The position numbers and the translations under genes are program-made. From Flavobacteriales bacterium (GTDB taxonomy: Bacteria; Bacteroidota; Bacteroidia; Flavobacteriales_C; GCA-002722245): DNA of 64,000 nucleotides. The notes beneath the pieces were generated by a model. That model saw only the letters and a list, made by a program, of their open reading frames with translations, made no database searches and had not been told where the DNA came from. Of this stretch, positions 19,964-30,300 are shown one piece after another. Position 1 is the stretch's first letter. Each line of letters opens with the position of its first letter. The stretch is from contig JAHEZM010000001.1 in NCBI GenBank assembly GCA_023251075.1, positions 145,482 through 209,481 of the forward strand. The letters are read 5' to 3'.

Positions 19964-20794
19964 TTGAACTCGAATCTAATACAAAGAGCAATAACCGGCA
20001 CCTTATTCGTGCTGGTTTTGCTATTAGCAATGTGGCATAGTTTTGCTTCTTTCGCAGGATTATTCGCTGTAGTTTCTATTATTGGTTTAAATGAATTCTA
20101 CACCTTATTTGGAAATTCAAACATTAAACCCAACAAAGGATTTGGTTTACTGTTGGGAACAATTATTTACTTAGCATTTGTGGCTTACGCCATGAATGAT
20201 AATTTCACGCTACTACTTCTACTTTGTATCCCTATTCTCACCTTTTTATTGATTAATGAATTGTTTCGTGCTAAAGAAAATCCCTTTCAAAATTTAGGTA
20301 TCACCATAGTTGGAGTTTTGTATGTGGTTGTTCCTTTTGGATTTTTACTGATCGCAAATTTCAGTGATCACAGTGATTGGATGACTCAAAAATTCGATAT
20401 TGGTTTTGCGTTTTTCTTTATGCTTTGGGCAAACGATACCGGAGCTTATGTTTTTGGAACCTGGCTGGGAAAACATAAATTATTTGAAAGAATATCACCT
20501 AAAAAATCATGGGAAGGATTTATTGGAGGAGCTATAGTATCGATGACTGTTGGCTATTTTTGTCATTATTGGTTCAACGACTGCTGGTGCATTTGGGTAG
20601 CTATGTCGGCAATCGTTGTAATTTTTGGAACTCTAGGTGATTTAGTGGAATCCATGCTGAAGAGAAGTTTAGGAATAAAAGATTCAGGAAATATTCTTCC
20701 CGGACACGGAGGAATTCTAGATCGATTTGACGGATTATTATTAGCTGCTCCTATGGTGTATTTCCTTTTAGAAATATGGGATTACATGAATTAG
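19964..20794 (+). CDS. cdsA: Phosphatidate cytidylyltransferase
   Basis: SPKKSWEG and GDLVESMLKR..IKDSG..LPGHGGILDRFD motifs. Confidence 0.95.
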   Translation: MNSNLIQRAITGTLFVLVLLLAMWHSFASFAGLFAVVSIIGLNEFYTLFGNSNIKPNKGFGLLLGTIIYLAFVAYAMNDNFTLLLLLCIPILTFLLINELFRAKENPFQNLGITIVGVLYVVVPFGFLLIANFSDHSDWMTQKFDIGFAFFFMLWANDTGAYVFGTWLGKHKLFERISPKKSWEGFIGGAIVSMTVGYFCHYWFNDCWCIWVAMSAIVVIFGTLGDLVESMLKRSLGIKDSGNILPGHGGILDRFDGLLLAAPMVYFLLEIWDYMN

Positions 20795-20840
20795 TATTGA
20801 ATGGAATTGGATGAGCACTTTCAGTTTCCACAAAATATTC

Positions 20841-20848
20841 TATTTTTG
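20841..20848 (+). promoter_or_regulatory. Putative -7 promoter element for psd
   Basis: TATTTTTG 20 nt upstream of ATG 20869. Confidence 0.45.
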
Positions 20849-20868
20849 ACCAACTTTTAAAATACCCT

Positions 20869-21519
20869 ATGATACACAGTGAAGGAATTCCTACCATTAT
20901 TATAACATTGATTGTTGCCAGCTTGATTGTATTCCTTGCTCACCTTACTTGTTTCGCTATCATACATTATATTGCTTATGCTATTGCCCTTTTCCTTTTG
21001 GTATTGGTTCTTCAGTTTTTTAGAAATCCTAAAAGAAACACACCCATTCATGAAGATCATGTTATTTCCCCTTGCGATGGAAAAGTAGTGGTAATTGAAG
21101 AGGTGGAAGAACCTGAATATTTTAAAGACAAAAGAATCCAAGTATCTATTTTCATGTCGCCTATCAACGTACACGTGAACAGATATCCTATAGATGGTGA
21201 AGTGAAATACGTAAAATATCATCCAGGAAAATATTTGGTAGCATGGCATCCTAAAAGTTCTACTGAAAACGAAAGATCAACCATCGTGGTGGAGAATAGC
21301 AAAAAAGGAAAAGCCATTTTGTTTCGTCAGATTGCGGGCTTCCTTGCAAGAAGAATTGTATTTTATTCTAAAGAAGGCGACAAAGCCACTCAAGGCAGCG
21401 AATTCGGTTTTATAAAATTTGGATCACGCGTAGATTTATTCTTTCCTTTAGGTACTAAAATTAATGTAAAGATTGATGAGGTTGTGAAAGGTGGAATTAG
21501 TGTGATTGCGGAGATTTAA
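20869..21519 (+). CDS. psd: Phosphatidylserine decarboxylase proenzyme
   Basis: FFRNP, SPCDG, IFMSPINVHVNR and autocleavage motif FGSRVD. Confidence 0.93.
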   Translation: MIHSEGIPTIIITLIVASLIVFLAHLTCFAIIHYIAYAIALFLLVLVLQFFRNPKRNTPIHEDHVISPCDGKVVVIEEVEEPEYFKDKRIQVSIFMSPINVHVNRYPIDGEVKYVKYHPGKYLVAWHPKSSTENERSTIVVENSKKGKAILFRQIAGFLARRIVFYSKEGDKATQGSEFGFIKFGSRVDLFFPLGTKINVKIDEVVKGGISVIAEI

Positions 21520-21550
21520 CAATCACTATAAATATCTGTAGTTAACAATA

Positions 21551-21651
21551 TAGGACGATAGTTCCTCAGGATAACAATCACTCTCAGAACTCGCTCTCAC
21601 TCTGTGCTTGGATGTGGTTGTCATCCTGAGGAACAAAGGAACTATCGTCCT
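21551..21651. repeat. Palindromic element, family B, copy B1
   Basis: AGGACGATAGTTCCT-CAGGATAACAATCAC ... GTGGTTGTCATCCTGAGGAACAAAGGAACTATCGTCCT; homologous to 58554-58669. Confidence 0.88.
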
Positions 21652-21683
21652 GATTTTTTCTTATTTAGTAAATATTTCACATC

Positions 21684-22694
21684 TTAATTTCTGAACAATT
21701 TCACTAATTTTTCCGCTGCAGTTTTTGGATCTATCTTTCCTTGCTCTACTTCTATTTTCATTTTCTCTACTTCACCTTTAATTTCATCTGTATTGTAAAA
21801 TGATTCCAATAATAATTTATGTAGAAAAGAATTCATGATGTACGAACGCTGACTCTTTCTTAAATCCACCAATGATCCATCTTTCGAAATTTTTTCATGA
21901 TATTGATTGATATCCATCCACAATGGCATTATGCCTTCCAATGTATGTGCAGAACACAAATGAACTTTTCTTTCCAAACGATGATCGGGCGACAACATCA
22001 ATTGTATGATGGACTCCAGCGTTAATTTTGTTTTTTTCGCCGCTACACTATTTTCTGCTTCTGCCTTATTAATTACAATAAAATGAACTTCTTCCATAAT
22101 TCCTCTTTTGATTCCCTGAAGATCATCTCCTGAATTGGGCAAAAGCAAAAAGATCACCATATCCACCAAATGAGCTACTTCTGTTTCCGATTGCCCCACT
22201 CCTACTGTTTCTACAAAAATGTAATCAAAAGCACTTTCTTCACACAAAGCAATGGCATCACTCAAACCAGCAGTAACACCACCTAAATGATTTCTAGCGG
22301 GGAAAGGACGAATATAGGCTTGTTCATTTTTCGATAGGAACTCCATTCGTGTTTTATCTCCTAAAATACTACCACCTGTTTTTGAAGAGCTGGGATCAAC
22401 AGCTAAAACTGCTATTTTTTTTGAAGAATCCAACAAGGCAATTTTTCCTATAGCATCAATGAAAGTGCTTTTTCCTACACCAGGAACTCCGGTAATTCCA
22501 ATGCGGATAGTTTTACGATTGGGTTTACAAGATTGAATGATCTCCCTCAATAAAACTTGATCCTGTGGCAGGGTGCTCTCCGTAAGTGTGATGGCTTTAG
22601 ACAGTACACTGGTGTTGCCCAATCTCAACTGCTCTAAAATCTCTTCTTTGCTAAGAAGATCAAATCTTTTTTGAGCATCATTGGGTATTTCCAC
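21684..22694 (-). CDS. meaB: Methylmalonyl-CoA mutase-associated GTPase MeaB/ArgK
   Basis: GITGVPGVGKST, AVDPSS..GGSILGDKTRM, ETVGVGQSE and GDDLQGIKRGIME motifs. Confidence 0.93.
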   Translation of the reverse strand: MEIPNDAQKRFDLLSKEEILEQLRLGNTSVLSKAITLTESTLPQDQVLLREIIQSCKPNRKTIRIGITGVPGVGKSTFIDAIGKIALLDSSKKIAVLAVDPSSSKTGGSILGDKTRMEFLSKNEQAYIRPFPARNHLGGVTAGLSDAIALCEESAFDYIFVETVGVGQSETEVAHLVDMVIFLLLPNSGDDLQGIKRGIMEEVHFIVINKAEAENSVAAKKTKLTLESIIQLMLSPDHRLERKVHLCSAHTLEGIMPLWMDINQYHEKISKDGSLVDLRKSQRSYIMNSFLHKLLLESFYNTDEIKGEVEKMKIEVEQGKIDPKTAAEKLVKLFRN

Positions 22695-23216
22695 TTAAAA
22701 CGACTTTTTAAATTCGGCTTTAACAACATCAATCGCTTTTTGATTCCAATCGGTTTCCTGAGCAGATAATAAAGTGAGCAATTCTTTACTGTATTCTAAA
22801 GAATTGGATCCGTCAGCCACTTTTGAAGCAGCTACATTCAATAATTTCAAACTCTCATCTTTCGATTTTTTCACGTATTCCCATGCATTTTTCGACACAT
22901 ACAACTGTTGCGTGATATTGTGTTCAAATTCAGAACGAATTACAGAAGCTATTTCATTTTGAATCAATCGTGCACTCATTCCCTGACGGTGAACGCGAGA
23001 TATGATTCCTGGGATCTGACTTCTTTCCAAAAGGAGAATCAATCTCTCGTAAGCCTGCATACTTAATGGAGCAGAATGCTTTTGGTTTTCCTTACGAAGT
23101 TCCAACATTTGTCGGCTTTGCTCATTTTGCAAAAAACGGTTGATTAACAAATATGCTAGGGCACCTACAATTGCTGAGGGCACTGTGTACATTAATATTT
23201 CAGCAAATTTCTCCAT
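22695..23216 (-). CDS. Conserved-type hypothetical membrane-anchored protein
   Basis: N-terminal TM helix; QAYERLILLLER and EFEHNITQQLYVS motifs look like a Bacteroidetes DUF. Confidence 0.75.
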   Translation of the reverse strand: MEKFAEILMYTVPSAIVGALAYLLINRFLQNEQSRQMLELRKENQKHSAPLSMQAYERLILLLERSQIPGIISRVHRQGMSARLIQNEIASVIRSEFEHNITQQLYVSKNAWEYVKKSKDESLKLLNVAASKVADGSNSLEYSKELLTLLSAQETDWNQKAIDVVKAEFKKSF

Positions 23217-23356
23217 GTTTATTTTTTACTTACGCGGTTAATATTTCAAATTTACAGTACCATTCTCATTTTACAAAAGATCAGCAGAACACGAACAATT
23301 AATTTTTGACTTTCTCCTTAATTTTTCTATATTACTTGTCCCAAACACCCATTACT

Positions 23357-23470
23357 ATGAAAAAGATTTTCCTACAAATCTACCAGTACCTTATTGAAGA
23401 CCGTAAAAGCTTTATTGTATTTCCCTTATTAATTTTAGCCTATGTTATCTTATTTTTTCATTTGAGATAA
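23357..23470 (+). CDS. Candidate 37-aa single-TM small protein
   Basis: MKKIFLQIYQYLIEDRKSFIVFPLLILAYVILFFHLR*; overlaps the 3' end of the tail-specific protease gene by 21 nt. Confidence 0.35.
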   Translation: MKKIFLQIYQYLIEDRKSFIVFPLLILAYVILFFHLR

Positions 23471-25579
23471 GCTAATTAACGCCTGGTAAATATACTCATC
23501 ATTCACTAGAGACTCATGGAAATTACCTAGGCGTTCTTTTAGTGCTTTGTCGCTTTCTATTTGAGCTTTTTCATCCAACAAATAATCGGCTTTCACAGAA
23601 TGCATTCCATCTATAATTTTCTCTAATTGCTGATTACTTGCCTTAATTTCCTTCATTTCTCTATCGTAATCTTCATATTTCAAACTTACATTATCTGCCT
23701 TTTCTTCTTTTCTCACTATCATTAAATGAGAATTCAATGTTTTGAAATAAGAACTGGTATCCATTCTCATTTTGGCTAAATCCTGAAGTTCCTTGTAATT
23801 GGGTTGAGTAGGATACAACTTGTATTTTGCTTTTTTTATTTTGGTCCACTCCATAGCAAAATCCTCTTCTTTCTCTCCTTGCTCCATTCCTGAATAAACG
23901 TCGGGCATAATAATATCCGGAACAACACCTTTGCGTTGGGTAGCACCACCATTGATTCTAAAGAATTTAGAGATCGTTACTTTAACAGAACCCAATGATT
24001 TATAAGAAGCATACTGATCGTGAGTAGGCATGAAATTATCCAAATCGTAAAAACGCTGAACCGTTCCTTTTCCAAAAGTAGATTCAGTTCCCATAATCAC
24101 TCCTCTTTTATAATCTTGAATTGCTGCGGCAAAAATCTCCGATGCACTGGCGCTATAGCCATTTACCAATACAATTAATGGTTTGGCATCTTTCAGTTTA
24201 GGATCAGGATCAACGTAAGGATGGGGAATATGAGAAGGATCATCAACGATAACTACTGGTCCGCTTTCAATGAAAATACCTATCATTTCTATCGCATCTT
24301 GTAAAGAACCACCACCGTTGTTTCTCAAATCAATGATAGTTCCCTGAATCTCATTTACAGCCAAACGCTCTACTTCTTTCAACACATCATTGGCTGAACT
24401 TCTTCCACCTGCTTCACCAGAAAAATCGGCATAGAAAGAAGGCAAATTAATATATCCGTATTTTTTATCATCTCCATTTCTTTGGAGGATAGCCGATTTA
24501 GCAAAAGTTTCCTCTAAAATAACGATGTCTCTGATGATAGGAATAATTTTAGTAGTTCCATCTACTTTCTTCACCGTTAACCTAACCTCAGTGCCTTTTG
24601 GACCGCGAATCATACTCACCACTTTATCCAACCTCATATCTACTACATCAACAGGTTTATCGGCACCTTGAGCCACCTCTGTAATTAAATCACCTACTTC
24701 CAGTTCCCCTTGTTTCCACGAAGCACTTCCCGCAACAATGGCAGTAACTTTTACATAACCATCTTTCTCTTGTAATGTAGCGCCAATACCTTCTAAACGC
24801 CCCGTCATATGAATATCGAAATCTTTCTTTTCTACTGGTGCAAAGTAATTGGTGTGTGGATCATACACACTCATCAAGGCATTTACATAAACCGAGAATT
24901 TCTCCATCGCATCATTTTGCTTGATGTTTTTGCTCCAATCCTCATACATCTTTAAAACCTTTTCTCTTGCTTCTTTCTCTAGTTCTACATCCGTTTTTTT
25001 TACTTTAACGGTATCCGATTGGCGTTCCTTCAAACCATGATAACGTGATAAAACCTGGTACTTCAATAATTTTCTCCACAATTCTTTTCTGTCATTTTCA
25101 TTGGCGGGATAAGATCTTTTATCTTCATTCATCACCACTGATTCGGCCACATTGAAATCAAATGGTTTACTTAAAATTTCTTTGTAAACTGCTTCTATTT
25201 CGATCTCTCTCTTTTGAATAATAGCTTGGGCTTCATTATAAAAAGCCAAAGGAGCTTGTTCATTTATTTCATTGTCGATTTCTGTTTTATATTTATCCAA
25301 AGCCGCCACATCTGTAGCCAATAACATTCTTTTACCTCTGTCTATCGACTTTAAATATTGCTGATAGGCCTTTGCAGAAAAATCATCATCGATTTTCTTA
25401 TTCAAATAATGAAACTTATCGGTTGCTTGAAAAACATAGCTCAAAATAACCTGCTCTTTAGTGAGCGTTTCAGCTGGCTTTAAAACATAAAATCCAAAAA
25501 CACACAAAGCAGCTACAACAGCCACCACAGTCACCTTTAATTTCATAAACATATAATTTCTACTATTTGAAAGTTTCAT
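23450..25579 (-). CDS. prc: Carboxy-terminal processing (tail-specific) protease, S41A
   Basis: DPHT, PDZ (GIGA), DLRNNGGG, SASASEIFA, TFGKGTVQ and GVVPDI motifs. Start may be a few codons downstream. Confidence 0.93.
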   Translation of the reverse strand: MKLSNSRNYMFMKLKVTVVAVVAALCVFGFYVLKPAETLTKEQVILSYVFQATDKFHYLNKKIDDDFSAKAYQQYLKSIDRGKRMLLATDVAALDKYKTEIDNEINEQAPLAFYNEAQAIIQKREIEIEAVYKEILSKPFDFNVAESVVMNEDKRSYPANENDRKELWRKLLKYQVLSRYHGLKERQSDTVKVKKTDVELEKEAREKVLKMYEDWSKNIKQNDAMEKFSVYVNALMSVYDPHTNYFAPVEKKDFDIHMTGRLEGIGATLQEKDGYVKVTAIVAGSASWKQGELEVGDLITEVAQGADKPVDVVDMRLDKVVSMIRGPKGTEVRLTVKKVDGTTKIIPIIRDIVILEETFAKSAILQRNGDDKKYGYINLPSFYADFSGEAGGRSSANDVLKEVERLAVNEIQGTIIDLRNNGGGSLQDAIEMIGIFIESGPVVIVDDPSHIPHPYVDPDPKLKDAKPLIVLVNGYSASASEIFAAAIQDYKRGVIMGTESTFGKGTVQRFYDLDNFMPTHDQYASYKSLGSVKVTISKFFRINGGATQRKGVVPDIIMPDVYSGMEQGEKEEDFAMEWTKIKKAKYKLYPTQPNYKELQDLAKMRMDTSSYFKTLNSHLMIVRKEEKADNVSLKYEDYDREMKEIKASNQQLEKIIDGMHSVKADYLLDEKAQIESDKALKERLGNFHESLVNDEYIYQALISLSQMKK

Positions 25580-25735
25580 CTAAGATATTCTAAAATTATA
25601 CAAATAAAAGAGCTCGTTCATTAATTTTGCTTAAATGTACAACGCATCACTATAATCACAAAAACGCCAGAAGTAACATTGAATTACATTCTTTTCAATA
25701 TTTTAATATCTTAGCGCATTTAACACCAATAATTT

Positions 25736-26578
25736 ATGTTCGTAGTTGCAGATATGGGTTCTACAAAAACCGACTGGAGTTTTGTAGATAAGAATAAAAA
25801 TGTAGTGAAATTGAATACCAAAGGATTCAATCCCTATTTCTACACTACTGAAGAAATCATTGCATTGTTAAAACCCGAATTTGGCAATAATCCTATGAAC
25901 TGGGAAGAAATAACCAATGTTTATTTCTATGGATCAGGTTGCTCAAGTCAACAAAATCAAACCATAGTTAAGAAAGCCTTATCTCCCTTTTTTCCTAAAG
26001 CTGATATTTTTATTTCTCACGATTTGCTGGCTTCTGCCCGTGCAGTATGTGGTAAAAACAAAGGGATAGCCTGTATCTTAGGAACAGGATCAAACACCTG
26101 CTTATATGATGGAGAAAAAGTGGTAGCCAATAACCCCTCTTTAGGATTTCTATTAGGCGACGAAGGTAGCGGTGGAGATTTGGGAAGAGAATTATTGAAA
26201 TATTACATGTACGGAGAGCTTCCAAAAGAAATTGAAGCTCAGTTTGAAAAACAGTACGATATGAACAGAGATAAATTAATCTCTGAAGTTTACGGTACTA
26301 AACACGCCAATGCTTATTGTGCCGCATTTTCAACCTTCGTGAACGAAAATAAAAGCAACCCGGTAATCAAACAATTGATTGAAGAAAGAATGGATGAATT
26401 TTTTAAACGTCACGTAAGCAAATACGAAGGTTATCAATCTGTACCAGTGAATTTCATTGGTTCCATCGCGCATTATTTTGAAGAAAATTTAAAAACAGTA
26501 GCGAAAAAACATGGTGCTACGGTAGGTATCATCATCAAAAATCCGGTAGATAAATTAATCGATTTTCACTACAATTAA
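25736..26578 (+). CDS. BadF-type N-acetylglucosamine kinase-like sugar kinase
   Basis: ADMGSTKTDW, FYGSGC, CILGTGSN and LGDEGSG motifs. Confidence 0.85.
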   Translation: MFVVADMGSTKTDWSFVDKNKNVVKLNTKGFNPYFYTTEEIIALLKPEFGNNPMNWEEITNVYFYGSGCSSQQNQTIVKKALSPFFPKADIFISHDLLASARAVCGKNKGIACILGTGSNTCLYDGEKVVANNPSLGFLLGDEGSGGDLGRELLKYYMYGELPKEIEAQFEKQYDMNRDKLISEVYGTKHANAYCAAFSTFVNENKSNPVIKQLIEERMDEFFKRHVSKYEGYQSVPVNFIGSIAHYFEENLKTVAKKHGATVGIIIKNPVDKLIDFHYN

Positions 26579-27375
26579 TGGCATTCGCATTTCACAACAA
26601 TAAAGACGAATATTTTAAGCAGCAAAAAGACAATGCCGCTGAATTCATACACCCTTTTGTTCAAGGATATATGAATATTGATTCCAAGTTAAAGGTTTTA
26701 GAAATTGGTTGTGCAGAAGGAGGAGTTTTAGCTTCTTTTTTAGAAAAAAGAGTTCAAGGTGTGGGCATTGAACTTTCACAATACCGATTGGATTTAGCAA
26801 ACAATTATCTGTCTGCTCAATTCCACAAAGAACAATTTTCATTGATCAATAAAAACATCTATGATATTGATCCTCAAAAAGACCTTCCTTTTCTTTTTGA
26901 TTTAGTGATTTTAAAAGATGTGATTGAACATATTCCGCAGCAAGAAAAAGTGTTGAGTGAAATGAAAAAATTACTGGCACCGGGAGGCAAAATATTTTTC
27001 GGGTTTCCACCGTGGCAAATGCCTTTTGGCGGGCACCAGCAAATATGCAACAGCAAGTTTCTGCACCTGGTTCCATACATTCATTTATTACCCAGATTTT
27101 TGTACAAGGGGATTTTAAAATTATTTAAAGAACCGCAAGGGATTGTTGATGAATTAATGGATATAAAATCCACCGGAATTTCTTTAGAAAGATTTGAAAG
27201 AATTTGTGCTCAAAACGATTACAAAATAGTGAATAAAACATTGTTCTTATTCAACCCTATTTACAAGTACAAATTCAAATTAACACCACGCAAACAGTTT
27301 GGAATTATTTCCGCAATTCCTTATTTCCGAAATTATTTCACTACTTGCGGATATTATTTAATTGAAAAGAAATAA
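26578..27375 (+). CDS. Class I SAM-dependent methyltransferase
   Basis: VLEIGCAEGG motif I, FDLVILKDVIEH, LAPGG. Confidence 0.88.
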   Translation: MAFAFHNNKDEYFKQQKDNAAEFIHPFVQGYMNIDSKLKVLEIGCAEGGVLASFLEKRVQGVGIELSQYRLDLANNYLSAQFHKEQFSLINKNIYDIDPQKDLPFLFDLVILKDVIEHIPQQEKVLSEMKKLLAPGGKIFFGFPPWQMPFGGHQQICNSKFLHLVPYIHLLPRFLYKGILKLFKEPQGIVDELMDIKSTGISLERFERICAQNDYKIVNKTLFLFNPIYKYKFKLTPRKQFGIISAIPYFRNYFTTCGYYLIEKK

Positions 27376-27383
27376 TTCCATTG

Positions 27384-30300
27384 CTAATAAATCACTGTTA
27401 CTTTCCCTATCCTATCTCTTTTAGATGTAAAACCATTTTCATTATTAATAGAGTAAGAAATTTTGTACACATATACATCCTGCTGAACCAAATGACCTGC
27501 ATAAGTTCCATTCCACCCCTTGCTTAAATCTGTACTTCTGAAAATCTCTTCTCCCCAACGGTTAAAGATCAACATTTCAAAATCCTTAACATTAGTTCCA
27601 TAAGCTAAAAATACATTATTTTGTTCGTCTCCATTTGGAGTAAATGCATCGGGAAGATATAGCGTAGAAGGACAATAATCGATCACTTTCACTTCATCAC
27701 TCACTGCACATTTACCTTCATTTAATATCACTTTATAAATTCCTCCAGTATTCACCACAATAGAAGAGGTCGTTTCACCAGTATTCCATAAATAACTATA
27801 CTCAGCAGCAATAGTATCAATAGAAATGTTAATAGGGCCATCTTCTAAAAAACAATGAGAAGGCGACATATTATTGATAAACTTACTCAAAATATTTTTC
27901 GGTAAAATGACTTCTTTCACATAAACTGTATCTGATGCAGAACAATTTCCATTGCTCACTTTTACCGAATATGTTCCACTGTTATCTACCACTATTTTTG
28001 ATGTTGTTGCCTGTACATTCCATAAATAAGTCATGCCCGCATTATTTGCATTAATCGCTAAGGTCTCCCCTTCACAAATACTGGTGCTGTCTTGTCCGTT
28101 TAATAAATTAACCAAAGGAAAAGCTTTAAAATCAACCTGAATGGTATCTTTTGCAGAACAAGAAAAAGTATCGGTAACAGTTAAAGAATATGAAGCAGTA
28201 GTTTGCACCAACAAGGAATTAGCAGTAGAATTATCACTCCATAAGTAAGACCAGTTTTGAGAGGGAGATTGAGGTTGGAGTAAAATAGTACTTCCTGCAC
28301 AAGTATCAATATCATTTCCTAAAGTCATGATTGGTTTTGCGTGAACATTCACCAATATGTTTGTATCGGCAGAACAGCCTGTGGAAGTATTGGTAACTTC
28401 GACTGAATAAGTTGCACCCACAGAAGTATTGATGGTAGCTGTTGTTGCGTTGGTACTCCACAAATAAGAATATCCTACTCCATAATCATGACCAATATTT
28501 GCTGCAGCGCCACTACAAACAGAAGCGCTAGTATTTACCAAACTCATATCGGGCAATGCATTCACTTTAATTTGAATGGCATCTGTCCCATCACAACCAC
28601 TACCATCATCTACAGTAAGTGTAATGGTTTGCGCAGAATCAACTGTAATAGTTTGCGTACTTTCTCCTGTACTCCACAAGAAATTATAACCTGTAGAGTA
28701 TTGAGAACTCAACACAATAGATTCTCCTGTACACATTACCGTATCAGGATTTCCTGAAATTTGAACCGGTAAATGAGAGAGGATTGTAATCACTGCAGAA
28801 TCTCTTCCTTTACAACCGTACTTATCAGTAATATCTACAAAAATTACTGCATTAGCATTTACATTATTTAAACTTAAAGATGAAGCAGTACTATTGTCAT
28901 TCCACTGGTAAGTATATGGTCCGTTTCCATTGTTGTAAATACTTTCATCAAATACCAAATTATTACCGGCACAGGTTTGTATGTCTTTAATAGTATCAGA
29001 ATTAGGTAAAGCAATCACAGAAAGAACCATAGTATCTCTATTTACACAAGCTTTGTTATCGGTTACTTTCACGAAATATGTTCCCGATAAATTCTTCGTC
29101 ACCGAAGAACTTGTTTCACCTGTAGACCATAAATAAGAACTAAAAACCCCAGCATTTAACGTAGCTGATGTTCCTGCGCAAATATTTTTATCCGATCCAA
29201 GATTTACATTTGGCAAAGCATTAAGCGATAAAGTCATTGAATCACTCCCCACACAACCTGTTCCATTGTCTATCACCACGCCATAAATTCCGGCATTTTT
29301 AATTTTGATAGAAGAACTTGTTGCTCCTGTATTCCAGGCATAAGTATAACCTGTTCCGGAATAGGCTGTACTCAATATTATACTATCTCCGGTACAAATA
29401 GTAGAATCAGATAATTGAATCACCAATGAGTTATTTTCTTTTACATAAATACTGTCTTTATGGGTACACAATTTACTATCTGTCACTTGAATTTTATACC
29501 AACCTTGAATTGAAGCCACCAAAGAATCAGCACTTCCTGTACCCGCACCAGTCCATTGATAAGTGAAATTACCAGCTCCTCCGGAAGCAATTGGTTTAAG
29601 CATAGTAGTGCTTCCCGGACAAATAAACACCGTATCAGAAGCAAAACCAATATTGATTGACGGATTAAGTGTGACATTCACCGTGTCCTTATTTTTACAT
29701 CCATTAGCATCTGTTGCTTGAAGAATATATTGACCTGCTGAGTTTACAGAAATCGCAGCAGAAGTTTCGTTGGTGCTCCATAAATAAGAGGCAAAAGAAG
29801 TTGTTGCTTTGAGTGAATCGGAAGCATTAGGACACAAAACTTTATCGACACCTAAATTCACTGTTGGCAAAACATTTACCGTTACCACAGTATTTCCTTC
29901 CCCTGTGGTATCACAGGTTGCATCCCAAACAGAATCTACTTTATATGTTCCTGCATTCTTCGCATAAAAAGAATAAGTATTGGCATTGATATTAGAAACC
30001 ATCCATTTTGTTGGACCATTACTCAACTTAATTTTAAAAGGTTTTGTACCAGTTAACGCAACAGATAATTGTGCACTGTCTCCCACACAAAATGATTTGT
30101 TTCCACTCATTAACGCCTTTGGTGGTGTACATCCTGCACAATGAAAAGGAACATATACCGTATCGGTTAAAGTACATTGAGTATTAACAGTGTTGGTAGC
30201 CACCACAGTATAAGTTGTTGGATTCAAACCCGAAACATTGGCAGGTGTACCCGTTGCACCACCTGGATTCCACTGATAGGTATAGTTTCCAGGGGTATAC

